DNA from: Bradymonadia bacterium
GTDB lineage: Bacteria > Myxococcota_A > Bradymonadia > UBA7976 > UBA1532
Length of the DNA: 64,000 bases
Reading direction: 5' to 3'
NCBI GenBank assembly: GCA_046290225.1
Contig: JBKAGE010000075.1
Coordinates: 32,001-96,000, forward strand
Under the pieces are notes generated by a model that saw nothing but the letters and a program-made list of their open reading frames with translations, ran no database searches and had not been told where the DNA came from. Position numbers and translations under genes: made by a program. Position 1 is the first letter of the stretch. Every line of letters starts with the position of its first letter. Below, in pieces: positions 38,354-49,900 of this stretch.

Positions 38354-40885
38354 TCACTCCCCGCGGAAGCCGGCAAGGCAGTTGAGGTAGGCTTCGTTCG
38401 GGTCCCAGCCGCAGCTGCCGTCTGCCTGCACACCACAGCGGGTCAGCTCGAGGCACTCATACTCCGGCAGGAACACACAGAGCGAGTTCACGGGCTCAGG
38501 GGCACAGATCTCGCTGCTGCAGCCCGTGGCAATGCAGATGCCAGGCTCCGGGGGCGGAGGCGGCGGAGGGCCACCGGGGATGCATTCGCCGTCGATGCAG
38601 ATGAAGCCCTCCTCGCAGAGGACCGCCGCGCAGTCCCCACCAGGGGGCGGGAAGTCGTCGTCGGGCACGCACTGATCAGGGGCGCCGTCTTCGCACCAGC
38701 AGATTTCTTCGCCGTTCTCGTCGATCTCGCAGCCGCAGTCGCCGCCGCCGAAGCCCTCTTCCACGCGGCACTCGGGGTGCAGGTCGCACAGCGCCACGTC
38801 GAGGCCCCAGCAATCATCTACGGGCCAGCAGGCGAAGGCGCCCTCATCAGGGCCCTCGAGCGTGACGCAGGCGTCGTTCTCGGCGCAGGCCTCGGGATCG
38901 AGGTTCACGCAGCCATTGGGGGCCGCGACACACTGGCGCACCACCTCGCAACCACCGCCGAAGTCACAGTCCTCCTGACCCGGAGGGCAGGGGGGCACAG
39001 GCTCAGGGCAGTCCTCACCCTCAGGGCAGGGGAAGGGCAGATCGTTGCAGATCTCGAACTCTTCGAAGTTGCACCGAGGATCAGCCTCACAGGCGTCATC
39101 AGCGAGGTTCTGACAGAACTGCCAGACGGGCACACATTGGTCGATGGGGAAGGGCTCAGGGCAAGGCTCACCGGGAGGACAGTCGATGTCGCCAGGGCCT
39201 TCGAGCAGGGCACACTCGCCGTTCTGCTCACAGAGATCGGGGGGCAACTCGAAGCAGGGATCCACGGGAGGCTCGCGGCGCTCCTGGCAGAAGCCTTCAC
39301 CCGGGAAGGGCTCCTCACAGAAGCAGATCTCTTCGCCGTTCTCGTCGATGAAGCAGTCGCAGAAGCCGCCGCCACCGCCGCCCTCGAACCACTCACAGCT
39401 CGGATCGGACCAGCAGGCCTCGGCGTCGCCATAGTCCCAGCAACCCTCCACCACGGGGCGACCAGGCACGCAGATCAGCTGCACCTCGCAGCCACCGCGC
39501 TCGTCACAGATCTCGATGTCCTGAACCTCGCACTCGGGGCTGAACTCGCAGCGCTCGATGTCGAGGTCGAAGCAGTTCCCAGGATCGCGGACAGGCTCAC
39601 ACACCAGCTCCACAAAGCAGGGCTCGCCGGGCTCCACAGGCTCACCGGGCTCCCCAGGCTCACCAGGGAACGGCGGTGGGGGATCCTCACCGGGCACACC
39701 GCCCTCGCCGCCGTCTTCGCCGGCGCCCCCACCAGGGGCCGCGCCGCCACCACCCTGGCCAGGCTCATCGCCGCAAATCACGCGCTCGTTGAGCTGGCAG
39801 CGGGGGTTCTGGCCACAGAGGTTGGGGTCGAGATCGAAGCAGCCTTCAGGGTCTTGGCGCTCGACACACTGCAAGGGCACCTCGACGTCAGGGCAGTCAC
39901 ATTCGCAGTCGTCCTGGTCCGGAGCGCAGGGCAAGCAGTTGCAGGGATCTTCCCCGCCGATGAGTTCACAGCGGGGGTCCGCGCTGCAGGCCTCGGGCTC
40001 GAGATCTTCACAGTCACCCCCAGGCTGGTTCGGCTCACCGCACCCCACGAAGACCGGCTCGCATCCGTCACAGACGCAATCCTCTGCCTCGGGCTCACAG
40101 TCGCAGTTGCAGGGGGGCTCGGCGTACTCAGCTTCGCAGTCCGGGCGGGCGAGGCACTGGCTCTCGTCCAGCTCGGCGCAGGCGCCATCAGGGCGGTCGA
40201 CGCAGACGTCGTCCTGCCAGAGGCACCGGGCCATCATGGCGCAGTCGCGCATCTCGAGCTCGGCGCAGGGCAGGCCGCTGGGATCAGTCTCACAGGCCTG
40301 GTTGCGCCAGCGGCAGTCGTCGCGGGCGCCGCAGGCGGGCTCGGGGAGCTCTTCACAGGCAGGCTGGAAGGCGCGGCAGCCGTCGGGGGTCCACTCACAG
40401 CCCGCGGCGATGCAGAGATCGGCCCGGGGCTGATCACAGCCCATGGGCGGGGGCACATCCTGGCAGACCTCGGCCCACCAGTAGCAGCCATCTTGATCAG
40501 CGCAGCTCGCCTCGTCTTCGTGGGTGTTACACTGAGGGGTGATGGGCCGAGCGCACTCGTCGCCGGTCCATACGCACTCTGGGAGCGCCTCGCAGCTGTC
40601 CTGGCTCATGGCCTCTTCGCAGCTCTCGGGCACGACGCCACCGGCGCCGCCTTCACCGGCATTTCCGCCCTGACCGCCTTCACCGGCGTTGCCGCCCTGG
40701 CCGCCTTCGCCAGCGTTGCCACCGGCACCGGCCTCGCCGCCTGCGCCGCCTTCCACGCCGCCACCGGCGCCAGCGACTACACCGCCCTCTCCGCCGGCAC
40801 CGCCGCCGCCCTCGGACTCCTCGTCATCACAGCCGTAGGCGCTGAATGCCAGCGCCCCGACCACCATCAACCACTGCATCTTCAT
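38354..40885 (-). CDS. Very Cys-rich acidic repeat lipoprotein with a C-terminal Cys-cluster domain
   Basis: GGAGG RBS, lipobox AYGC, a Gly-rich linker, many C-x6/7-C-x5-C modules, and a C-terminal CIATGCSSEIC...CGW resembling the eight-cysteine-cluster domain. Confidence 0.8.
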   Translation of the reverse strand: MKMQWLMVVGALAFSAYGCDDEESEGGGGAGGEGGVVAGAGGGVEGGAGGEAGAGGNAGEGGQGGNAGEGGQGGNAGEGGAGGVVPESCEEAMSQDSCEALPECVWTGDECARPITPQCNTHEDEASCADQDGCYWWAEVCQDVPPPMGCDQPRADLCIAAGCEWTPDGCRAFQPACEELPEPACGARDDCRWRNQACETDPSGLPCAELEMRDCAMMARCLWQDDVCVDRPDGACAELDESQCLARPDCEAEYAEPPCNCDCEPEAEDCVCDGCEPVFVGCGEPNQPGGDCEDLEPEACSADPRCELIGGEDPCNCLPCAPDQDDCECDCPDVEVPLQCVERQDPEGCFDLDPNLCGQNPRCQLNERVICGDEPGQGGGGAAPGGGAGEDGGEGGVPGEDPPPPFPGEPGEPGEPVEPGEPCFVELVCEPVRDPGNCFDLDIERCEFSPECEVQDIEICDERGGCEVQLICVPGRPVVEGCWDYGDAEACWSDPSCEWFEGGGGGGFCDCFIDENGEEICFCEEPFPGEGFCQERREPPVDPCFELPPDLCEQNGECALLEGPGDIDCPPGEPCPEPFPIDQCVPVWQFCQNLADDACEADPRCNFEEFEICNDLPFPCPEGEDCPEPVPPCPPGQEDCDFGGGCEVVRQCVAAPNGCVNLDPEACAENDACVTLEGPDEGAFACWPVDDCWGLDVALCDLHPECRVEEGFGGGDCGCEIDENGEEICWCEDGAPDQCVPDDDFPPPGGDCAAVLCEEGFICIDGECIPGGPPPPPPPEPGICIATGCSSEICAPEPVNSLCVFLPEYECLELTRCGVQADGSCGWDPNEAYLNCLAGFRGE

Positions 40886-41014
40886 GGGCCAACCTCCAGG
40901 TGAGCAACATCGACGACCGGGGGGAATAGCAAAACTCGTGCTCATGTTCAAAAGGCCCCATCTGTTCACGAACGGGACAGATACCTGCAGCAGGCCTTCA
41001 AAAATGCGGGGTGG

Positions 41015-41067
41015 TGCTCAGAAATCTGAGCAGGGGCTGGCTGGAAAATCTGAACTGAGCAATCTGA
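41015..41067. promoter_or_regulatory. Palindrome plus direct repeats, a candidate regulator-binding site upstream of the Cys-rich gene
   Basis: TGCTCAGA-AA-TCTGAGCA (41015-41032); AATCTGA at 41023, 41047 and 41061. Confidence 0.4.
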
Positions 41068-41087
41068 AAAGTGAGAGCAGGCGGGCT

Positions 41088-41372
41088 TCAGCGCTCTCGC
41101 TTGAAGCGGTCAGCCTCTTCGAGGGCCGCTTGGATGCATTCGGACATGCAGATCCGGGCCATGCCTTCGAGCTGATACTCGTCGGAGGCCTCCTTGGCGT
41201 GGACCTTCGCCTTCTGGTTGCACTGGGTGTAGCACAGGCGATCCACCGCCCGACGCTGAGCGATATTGCTGCGTCCGGTCTTCGGCGGGTTGATCACCTT
41301 GGTATAGATGACCGCCCCCACCATCAGACCGCTCACCACCCCCATGAGGGTGAACAACATGCGCAGCGACAT
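41088..41372 (-). CDS. Small membrane-anchored protein with two CxxxC motifs
   Basis: N-terminal TM, CYTQC and CMSEC; GGAGG RBS. Confidence 0.65.
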   Translation of the reverse strand: MSLRMLFTLMGVVSGLMVGAVIYTKVINPPKTGRSNIAQRRAVDRLCYTQCNQKAKVHAKEASDEYQLEGMARICMSECIQAALEEADRFKRER

Positions 41373-41387
41373 CTCGCCTCCGTCAGA

Positions 41388-41612
41388 TCAGGCCTCGGGC
41401 CAGACCTGCTCACCGGTCTCGTCATCGATGATGACGATGGCGTCGGTGGGGCAGCCCTGGGCGGCGGCAAGTATGTCGTCCGGCGTGTCACCGGCAGGAT
41501 CGGTGATGACGGCGATGTCTTCGTCATCGAGGTCGAAGGTGCTCGGCGCCTCGGCGACACAGGTGGCGGCGCCAATGCACATGTCCCGGAGGACCTTGAT
41601 CTGATAGCCCAT
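41388..41612 (-). CDS. Single-cluster ferredoxin, probably [3Fe-4S]
   Basis: CIGAATC...CPTDAI, with the second cluster Cys replaced by Ala; GAGGAG RBS. Confidence 0.88.
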   Translation of the reverse strand: MGYQIKVLRDMCIGAATCVAEAPSTFDLDDEDIAVITDPAGDTPDDILAAAQGCPTDAIVIIDDETGEQVWPEA

Positions 41613-41707
41613 CAGTACTCCTCGGCCTGTCGGCCACATGCCGGTCACGGGCCGGCCCTATGGGGTGAGGATACCCGGTCGCTGCAGTGGTTGCAGCAGG
41701 GGTATGC

Positions 41708-42262
41708 TCAGGGAACCTCTACGTCGGGGATCTCCGCGTCGCCCAACTCTGCGTCAGGCGCCTCCATGTCGAGCAGCTCCGCATCGGGCAGCTCCGCGTC
41801 GGGGATCTCCATGTCAGGGATCGAAGCGTCACCAAGTGCTGCGTCGTCGAGGGCTGCGTCGTCGAGGGCTGCGTCGTCGATCTCCGCATCGGGCAGCTCG
41901 GCGTCGGGGATCTCCACATCGGGGATCTCCGCGTCAGCCATCTCTGCATCTGGGGCGGCGGCATCTTCAAGGCCAGCGTCAGAGGCCTCGGCGTCGACGG
42001 ACATGTTCATGTCCGACAACGCAGCGTCGGTGTCGGTCTGTAAAGGCGCCACACACTGTCGTTGAAAACACGTGGGCGTCTCTGCCGGGCATTCGCTGTC
42101 GTCGAAGCAGAGGATCACGCACGAGTTGGAGACACAGCGCGAACCGTTCTCGCAATCGCGATCGGCGATGCACTCGCTGATCTGGGAGCTCCCGAGGAAG
42201 TTGGTGCACCCCGCAATCAGGGCGGGGGCAGCACAAAACAACAGTGGGACGAGACGACGCAC
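41708..42262 (-). CDS. Cys-rich lipoprotein with an acidic pentapeptide repeat tail
   Basis: Lipobox IAGC, two small Cys modules, then about 15 D-x-E/A-I/L-P/D units ([15 protein letters not shown]). The GTG start is inferred. Confidence 0.7.
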   Translation of the reverse strand: MRRLVPLLFCAAPALIAGCTNFLGSSQISECIADRDCENGSRCVSNSCVILCFDDSECPAETPTCFQRQCVAPLQTDTDAALSDMNMSVDAEASDAGLEDAAAPDAEMADAEIPDVEIPDAELPDAEIDDAALDDAALDDAALGDASIPDMEIPDAELPDAELLDMEAPDAELGDAEIPDVEVP

Positions 42263-42463
42263 GGAGAAACCCTTCGAAAGGTGTCGCTGCCGGCGGGGAC
42301 AGCGCCAGGGGGGGTAGGTACACCAGACGACGGCCCAGCGTCTACCTCCAGACTTGTGAATCGACCCCACCCCGGGCACAATCCGCCGCCCGAGCGAGAA
42401 GGGGACTCCTGGGGTGGATCCCCGAGTCCTTGCTTGAACGTCCAGCCCGAAGGAGGCCTTCAG

Positions 42464-43978
42464 ATGACCGTGCGTACTCGAGTTGCGCCATCACCCACCG
42501 GCGATCCCCACGTGGGCACCGCCTACATGGCCCTGTTCAACCTGGCCTTCGCCCGCAAGCACGGCGGCCAGTTCATCCTGCGCATCGAAGACACCGATCG
42601 CGCCCGCTCCACTCCGGAGTCGGAGGCCATGATCCTGGAGTCGCTGAAGTGGTTGGGCCTCGAGTGGGACGAAGGACCTGACGTCGGCGGCCCCCACGGC
42701 CCCTACCGCCAGAGCGAGCGGGGTGACATCTACGGGCAGTACGCTCAGCAACTGCTCGACGCGGGCCACGCCTTCCGGTGCTTCCACACGCCGGAGGAGC
42801 TGGCGGCGAAGCGCAACGCCAAGCACGACGGGCCCATCAGCCCCGATTCGGATTACGTCGATCTGTCTCGGGCTGAGTCGGACGCCAAGGCTGCGGCAGG
42901 TGAGCCCTTCGTGATTCGCATGAAGGTGCCCCGTGAAGGGGAGTGCGTCTTCGAAGACATGCTCCGGGGGGAGACCCGCATCGAGTGGCGTCAGGTGGAC
43001 ATGCAGGTGTTGCTCAAGAGCGACGGCATGCCCACATACCACCTGGCCAACGTGGTGGATGATCACCTGATGGGCATCACCCACGTGATCCGTGGTGAGG
43101 AGTGGATCAGCTCAGCGCCGAAGCACATGCTGCTCTACCAATACTTCGGCTGGGAAGCACCCAAGCTCTGTCACATGCCGCTGCTGCGGAACCAGGACAA
43201 GAGCAAGCTGAGCAAGCGGAAGAACCCGACGAGCATCATGTACTACCGGGATCTCGGCATTTTGCCCGAGGCCCTGATCAACTACCTGGGCATGATGGCG
43301 TGGTCGATGCCCGACGGTGAGGAGAAGTTCACCCTCGAGGCGATGAAGGCAGCCTTCACCCTCGATCGTATCTCGTTGGGTGGTCCGATCTTCGACATCG
43401 ACAAGCTCAGCTGGCTCAACGGTCGGTACATCCGTGAAGACTACGACGCCGCGGGGGTGGCCAAGCTGCTCATCGATTGGGCGTTCAACGCTGATCGTCT
43501 CGCCGCTCTGGCGCCGCTGGTGCAGACCCGTATGAACACGTTGGGCGAGTTCGGCCCCAAGGTGTCGCACTTCTTCGCTGGTAGCATCGCCCTCACCGCC
43601 GACGATCTGGTCGTGAAGGGGAAGACGCCCGACGAGGTGAAGCAGGCCCTCACCTGGGGGTGGTGGCGTCTCGAAGCGCTGCCGGCATGGAACGCCGATG
43701 CCATCAGCGAGAGCATGCGGGCCACGGCGGGCTTCTCGGAGATGAAGCTCCGTGATTTTCTGAAGCCATTCTTCGTGGCGCTGAGTGGTCAGGCCGTGTC
43801 CACCCCGCTCTTCGATACGATGGAGCTGCTGGGCAAGGACATCAGCCGCGCTCGGGTGAAGGCGGCCATCGATGCCCTCGGTGGGGTGGGGAAGAAGCTG
43901 GAGAAGCGGTGGCGGAAGGCGCTTGATGCTGCTGAGGTTGCGGCTGCTGCGGGCGCTGGCGCGGGCGCTGACGAGTAG
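42464..43978 (+). CDS. gltX: Glutamate--tRNA ligase
   Basis: [12 protein letters not shown] (HIGH), [15 protein letters not shown] and KLSKR; AGGAGG RBS. Confidence 0.96.
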   Translation: MTVRTRVAPSPTGDPHVGTAYMALFNLAFARKHGGQFILRIEDTDRARSTPESEAMILESLKWLGLEWDEGPDVGGPHGPYRQSERGDIYGQYAQQLLDAGHAFRCFHTPEELAAKRNAKHDGPISPDSDYVDLSRAESDAKAAAGEPFVIRMKVPREGECVFEDMLRGETRIEWRQVDMQVLLKSDGMPTYHLANVVDDHLMGITHVIRGEEWISSAPKHMLLYQYFGWEAPKLCHMPLLRNQDKSKLSKRKNPTSIMYYRDLGILPEALINYLGMMAWSMPDGEEKFTLEAMKAAFTLDRISLGGPIFDIDKLSWLNGRYIREDYDAAGVAKLLIDWAFNADRLAALAPLVQTRMNTLGEFGPKVSHFFAGSIALTADDLVVKGKTPDEVKQALTWGWWRLEALPAWNADAISESMRATAGFSEMKLRDFLKPFFVALSGQAVSTPLFDTMELLGKDISRARVKAAIDALGGVGKKLEKRWRKALDAAEVAAAAGAGAGADE

Positions 43979-43990
43979 CCCTGCTCATCC

Positions 43991-44311
43991 CTCGCAGAGA
44001 GAGTTTGTCGGGCACGGGCACGGGCACGGGCACGGGCACGAGTTTTACGGGTGTTGACCCGTGGCCCAGCATGACTCCGCTCGTAGGCTTTTAGTGGTGG
44101 AGGCTTTCCTTGGCCTTGCACTGTTCTAAGCGAAGGCTCTGACCTCCTCCATACCCCCCAAGACCTGAATTCTCAGGCTGCGCTGAAGCGCATCAACTCA
44201 GCATCAATGACAACTGTCGTCCTGAGTTCAGGCAGGGCCACGGGTCCAGGGCCGAATCAACTCGTGCCCGTGCCCGTGCCCGTGCCCGTGCCCGAAAACT
44301 CTCTCTGCGAG
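43991..44311. repeat. Inverted pair of (GGGCAC)5 modules (copies 2 and 3), a REPIN/MITE-like doublet between convergent gltX and pccB
   Basis: CTCGCAGAGAGAGTTTGTC(GGGCAC)5GAGTT..GACCCGTGGCCC on + (array 44010-44039) and CTCGCAGAGAGAGTTTTC(GGGCAC)5GAGTTGAT..GACCCGTGGCCC on - (array 44264-44293). Confidence 0.9.
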
Positions 44312-44357
44312 CGTCAGCGAGACCGCAGCGAGAGCACCGCAAGGCGAGCCACAAGCC

Positions 44358-45935
<1,578 letters not shown>

Positions 45936-45961
45936 GCGGATCTTTCCCTGTTCGAGTGCTT

Positions 45962-47401
45962 TCAAACGGAGCGCTTAACACCAGATGGGGCGCTCAGCAA
46001 CTCCGAATACAGACCGTGATAACTGCGGACCGGTCCGGCCCATGACCAGTCCTGGGCCATACAGCGGGCCTGCATGGCACGCCAGGCCGTGCGATCGCCG
46101 AAGTGTTTCACTGCGGCGTCGGTGGCGGAGAGCAGCGCCTCCGGGGTGGCGTCGTCGAAGGTGAAGCCGGTGACGCCGTGCTCCACTGTGTCGGCGAGGC
46201 CCCCCGTGGCCCGGACGATGGGCACCGAGCCATAGCGCATGCCGATGAGCTGCGTCAGGCCGCAAGGCTCGAAGCGGCTGGGCACCAGCACACAGTCAGA
46301 GCCTGCGTAGATGCGTCGCGCCAGCCCGTCGTCGAAGCCGACATAGAGGGCCACGGCGTCAGGGTGCTCCACTGCGAGACCCCGCACCCGCTCCACGAGG
46401 CTCGGCTCGCCGGCCGTGAGGACCACCAGCCGTACACCCTGAGCCACCAGCGTGGGCGCCGCGTCGACGAGGAGATCGAAACCTTTTTGATACGTGCCTC
46501 GGGCCACCACCCCCATGATGGGGCGCTGGAGCTGTGGATCCGGGCTGAAGGACATCATCTTCAGCAGGGTCTCACGACAGGTGGCGCGGCCCTCGGGGGC
46601 CTCGAGGCTGTAGGGCGCCGCCAGGGCTGCGTCGTTCGCCGGATCCCAGGCCACCTCGTCGATGCCGTTCAGGATGCCTCGCACCGCGGCGCCGCGGTGG
46701 GCCAGCAGCCCCGAGAGGCCCTGACCTCCGGGCTCACCCTGGATCTCCTGGGCATAGCGAGGGCTCACCGTGGTGATCATGTCAGCGCAGACCAGACCCG
46801 CCTTGAGCATGCTCAGTTGTCCGTGAAATTCCATGCCCTGCCAGCCGCGCAGGTGCTGGGGGATCTCCAGGCGGTCGGCCCAAGCGGGATCACACAGACC
46901 CAGGTAGGCCATGTTGTGAATCGTCTGGATGGTGGGCACCTTGCCCTGCAGATACGCCGCCGCCAGCCCCGCGTGCCAGTCGTGCAGGTGCACCACGTCG
47001 AAGTCGTCGGCGAGATCAGCGGCCACCTTGCACATCACTGCAAAGCGCAGCGGGTTGTCGGCGTAGGGTGGCTGGCCGGGGGCGCCGTAAGGCGTGGGGC
47101 GATCGAGCAGACCAGGGCAGTCGATGAACCAGGTGTGATCCTCGGCGTCGGCCCACAGCCGGGCCTTGAAGATCTGCCCACCGAGGCGGATGTAGCGCTC
47201 GGCAGATTTCACCTTCAGACCCCAGCGAGCAGGATCGATGAAGCCGTACAGCGGGGTGAGCACCCGAGCGTCGATGCGCTGATAGCCCTCGAGCCCGCGC
47301 TGCTCCGGGGGCAGGGCGCCAGCGACGTCGGCGAGGCCGCCGGTCTTGCTGAAGGGCACCACCTCGGCGCTGAGGTGCAGCACACGGATCGGGGCGGTCA
47401 T
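45962..47401 (-). CDS. glgA: Glycogen synthase
   Basis: [38 protein letters not shown] and TGGLADTV motifs. Confidence 0.93.
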   Translation of the reverse strand: MTAPIRVLHLSAEVVPFSKTGGLADVAGALPPEQRGLEGYQRIDARVLTPLYGFIDPARWGLKVKSAERYIRLGGQIFKARLWADAEDHTWFIDCPGLLDRPTPYGAPGQPPYADNPLRFAVMCKVAADLADDFDVVHLHDWHAGLAAAYLQGKVPTIQTIHNMAYLGLCDPAWADRLEIPQHLRGWQGMEFHGQLSMLKAGLVCADMITTVSPRYAQEIQGEPGGQGLSGLLAHRGAAVRGILNGIDEVAWDPANDAALAAPYSLEAPEGRATCRETLLKMMSFSPDPQLQRPIMGVVARGTYQKGFDLLVDAAPTLVAQGVRLVVLTAGEPSLVERVRGLAVEHPDAVALYVGFDDGLARRIYAGSDCVLVPSRFEPCGLTQLIGMRYGSVPIVRATGGLADTVEHGVTGFTFDDATPEALLSATDAAVKHFGDRTAWRAMQARCMAQDWSWAGPVRSYHGLYSELLSAPSGVKRSV

Positions 47402-48423
47402 GGGCTCACTCCACGGAGAAACTGCGCCGCAGACTCTGGGGCCACAGGGTTGATGTAGGTCCCCGTGCCGCGCTCGAAGCCCGCCACCTGGGTCAGCTTG
47501 GGCTGGATCACCACATGCCAGCGGTACCAGGGCAGCGCCTGATCACCCGGACCCCTCAGGGCATAGGGGGTCGTGTGCAACATCAGGTTCCAGGCCGGAT
47601 CGCCGAGGCCCACCTCCAGCCGGCCGAGGGCCTGCTGGAGCGCGTCGGCGAGGCCCGACAGGTGGCCCTCGTCGGTGCAGTCGAAGTGGCTCTGGGGCGC
47701 CCGAGGGATCACCCACATGTCGAAGGGGTGCATGCTGGCGTAGGGCGTCACCACCACGAAGGTGCCGTTGTCGTAGACGAGACGATCGCCCTGGCTTACT
47801 TCCTGGCGGATCAGATCGTCGAAGACGTTCCGGCCGCGGACCTCGAACCACGACTTGCTGCCGTCGAGGCGCAGCTGCACCTCCGGGGGCACCACAGGGA
47901 GCGCCACCAGCTGGGCGTGGCCATGGGCCACCGAGGCCCCGGCGGCGGCGCCCTGGTTGCGAAAGAGGCAGCTGTACTTCAAGCGGAAGTCACCGCGCAG
48001 GTCCGCCATGCGATCGCGATACACCCGCAGCGCCGAAACCAGGTGCTCAGAGGGTAGACGATGCAGCTTGAAGGCCGGATCAGGCGACTCGATGATCACT
48101 TCGTGGGCGCCGAGGCCGTTCATACGGTCGTACAGGCCCTCGGGCTGGGGGTCGAGGCCACCCTCTACGGCGAGCACTGGATACTTGTTGGGGATCACCC
48201 GCACCTGCCAGCCCGGCGTGTTCGGCGCCGAGCCGTCGGGGCGCAGGGCGTAGATCTCTTCCGGCGTCAGGTGCTCATTGCCCGGGGCAAAGGGGGAGGG
48301 GCGGCGCGTGTCGACCTCGGCGGTCCCTCTCGGGTCGTGCACGAAGTCTCTGGGCCGCCAGGCCCGCTCGGTGGCGATGATGGTCCACCGTCGAGTGATG
48401 GGGTCCCGCCGAAGCTCTGGCAT
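47398..48423 (-). CDS. galT: Galactose-1-phosphate uridylyltransferase-family nucleotidyltransferase
   Basis: ELRRDP, NKYP, GAHEVIIE, AGAS-xHGHAQ (HxHxQ) and AGFE-GTG-YINPV-PE motifs. Confidence 0.85.
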   Translation of the reverse strand: MPELRRDPITRRWTIIATERAWRPRDFVHDPRGTAEVDTRRPSPFAPGNEHLTPEEIYALRPDGSAPNTPGWQVRVIPNKYPVLAVEGGLDPQPEGLYDRMNGLGAHEVIIESPDPAFKLHRLPSEHLVSALRVYRDRMADLRGDFRLKYSCLFRNQGAAAGASVAHGHAQLVALPVVPPEVQLRLDGSKSWFEVRGRNVFDDLIRQEVSQGDRLVYDNGTFVVVTPYASMHPFDMWVIPRAPQSHFDCTDEGHLSGLADALQQALGRLEVGLGDPAWNLMLHTTPYALRGPGDQALPWYRWHVVIQPKLTQVAGFERGTGTYINPVAPESAAQFLRGVSP

Positions 48424-48590
48424 GCGTGCTCCTCGCCTGGAGTGGGCCGGCGGGGCTCAGAGCGAACCTCGACGGCCGACAGCGTGTTCGGAGCGGTTGT
48501 TATAGGGGGAGGCAGGGGGGGGTGGGAAGCCCCAATCGACGTTGTGTACGTCGGGGCGTCCAGGGAGGTGGGCTCAGGTGAGCGCCGTGA

Positions 48591-49154
48591 TTACTCGGCG
48601 TTGCGCTCGGACTCGGCGTCGAGCTCCTCGAAGGCCTTCTTGGCGTTGGCGCGGATGATCTGCTTGGCGCGGTTGCTCAGCTTGGCCATGCGGTCGAGCT
48701 GGGCCTCGAAGGCGTCGGGATCGAGACGGGACAGGCTGTACTGCACGCCCTGCTCGTTGTCGTAGTAGCGGTCGACGATCTGGGCGCCGGTGAGCTCCAT
48801 CTCGGTGAAGGCCTTGGTGGCCTCCTGGCGGTGGGCCTCGTAGGCCTCCTTCTCACCGTCGTTGGTGCTGGCCTCGTAGCTCTTGATGAGGTTCTTCACC
48901 TTGGTGGTGAACACCTTGGCGAGCTCGGTGCGGGCCGAGGCGTCGGCGGTGGAGCGGCGCAGGCTGATGGAGCTCACGCCCTGGGCCACGCCAACCCCAT
49001 AGAAAGCCTTGTCCTTCATGGCGCCGCCGCCCTGGTTGACCCAAGCGGGGGTGCCATCTTTGCCACCTTCGTAGACCTTGCCGCCGCCGCAGCCAGCGAA
49101 GGCGAAGAGGGAGATCGAGACGAGAATGGCGAACATCTGTGCGCGCTTGAACAT
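48591..49154 (-). CDS. LPP20-family lipoprotein
   Basis: Lipobox FAGC, PAWV, FYGVG and ADASARTELAK; AGGAGGAG RBS. Confidence 0.8.
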   Translation of the reverse strand: MFKRAQMFAILVSISLFAFAGCGGGKVYEGGKDGTPAWVNQGGGAMKDKAFYGVGVAQGVSSISLRRSTADASARTELAKVFTTKVKNLIKSYEASTNDGEKEAYEAHRQEATKAFTEMELTGAQIVDRYYDNEQGVQYSLSRLDPDAFEAQLDRMAKLSNRAKQIIRANAKKAFEELDAESERNAE

Positions 49155-49421
49155 GGTGTACTCCTCCTGGCGGTGTGCGCCAAAAACCCCACGTCAGTTC
49201 AATCCGTGGGCCGTGGGGCGTTCGGGATCCGCGATCCCCCTGGGTAGAAAATTCAGTCTGCGCTTATGCCCACGGTCAATTCAAGGTGAGGGCATGAGCG
49301 AAAGTGAAAGGTCATCTTCCTCGCAGCCTCAAACGCTCCGGGAAGGGGACCATTCAAAGAATCGACGGAGAAGCGCACAAAACGTCGAAGGGCGCTTCAC
49401 GTCGACCCGTGTCGAGATGAA

Positions 49422-49583
49422 TTACATCTCTTCTTTGTTGCGGTCGGACTCGCGATCGATGTCGCGATCGGCAGCATCGGCGTTGTCGCGGATGCTCTCT
49501 TTGTCCATCTGCTTCGGGGCACTGCCGCAGCCGATCATGGGGAGCATCAGGGCGGCGGCGATCATCATGGCCAGCAATTTCAT
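49422..49583 (-). CDS. Small (53 aa) lipoprotein not in the ORF track
   Basis: MKLLAMMIAAALMLPMIGCGSAPKQMDKESIRDNADAADRDIDRESDRNKEEM*: signal peptide, MIGC lipobox, GC3-rich codons and AAGG upstream. Confidence 0.8.
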   Translation of the reverse strand: MKLLAMMIAAALMLPMIGCGSAPKQMDKESIRDNADAADRDIDRESDRNKEEM

Positions 49584-49900
49584 GGAGCTTACCTTAGCCT
49601 CTGTCAGTGGGCCTCTGTCAGTGGCACCGCGGCCGAGTTCGGCTCGGTCGAATGCCGGTGATTGAGCGGTCGAACGTTGTTGACCTGATCCTCATGGACG
49701 CCCCGTCGACGCCCTGGATCGGGGGCATATTCCCAGAGATTGCACTTCGGCGCATTTTCTGGGCATCGCCGGGCTGCACTGCTGCATCTGCCACATCGTT
49801 CCAGGGCAACGCAACACACACGTCGAGTCCTCGCTACAACTCAAAAGAATCTTGCGTCTCGAGTGGCGTCGAAGGCAACGTCTCGGCGCCGGAGGTGATC

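Noticed and set aside
41711..41950. Acidic pentapeptide repeats (DAEIP/DAALD) as a novel repeat system
   Set aside because: A similar acidic low-complexity linker occurs in the amidase in this window, and such linkers look like generic spacers of exported proteins. Recorded as a feature only.
44041..44258. Possible cargo gene or transposase remnant inside the inverted repeat doublet
   Set aside because: I could not recognise any protein motif or convincing ORF, so I left it as non-coding spacer.
48505..48526. G-rich tract upstream of galT as a G-quadruplex or phase-variable tract
   Set aside because: A single irregular occurrence in a GC-rich genome and outside coding sequence, with no supporting evidence.
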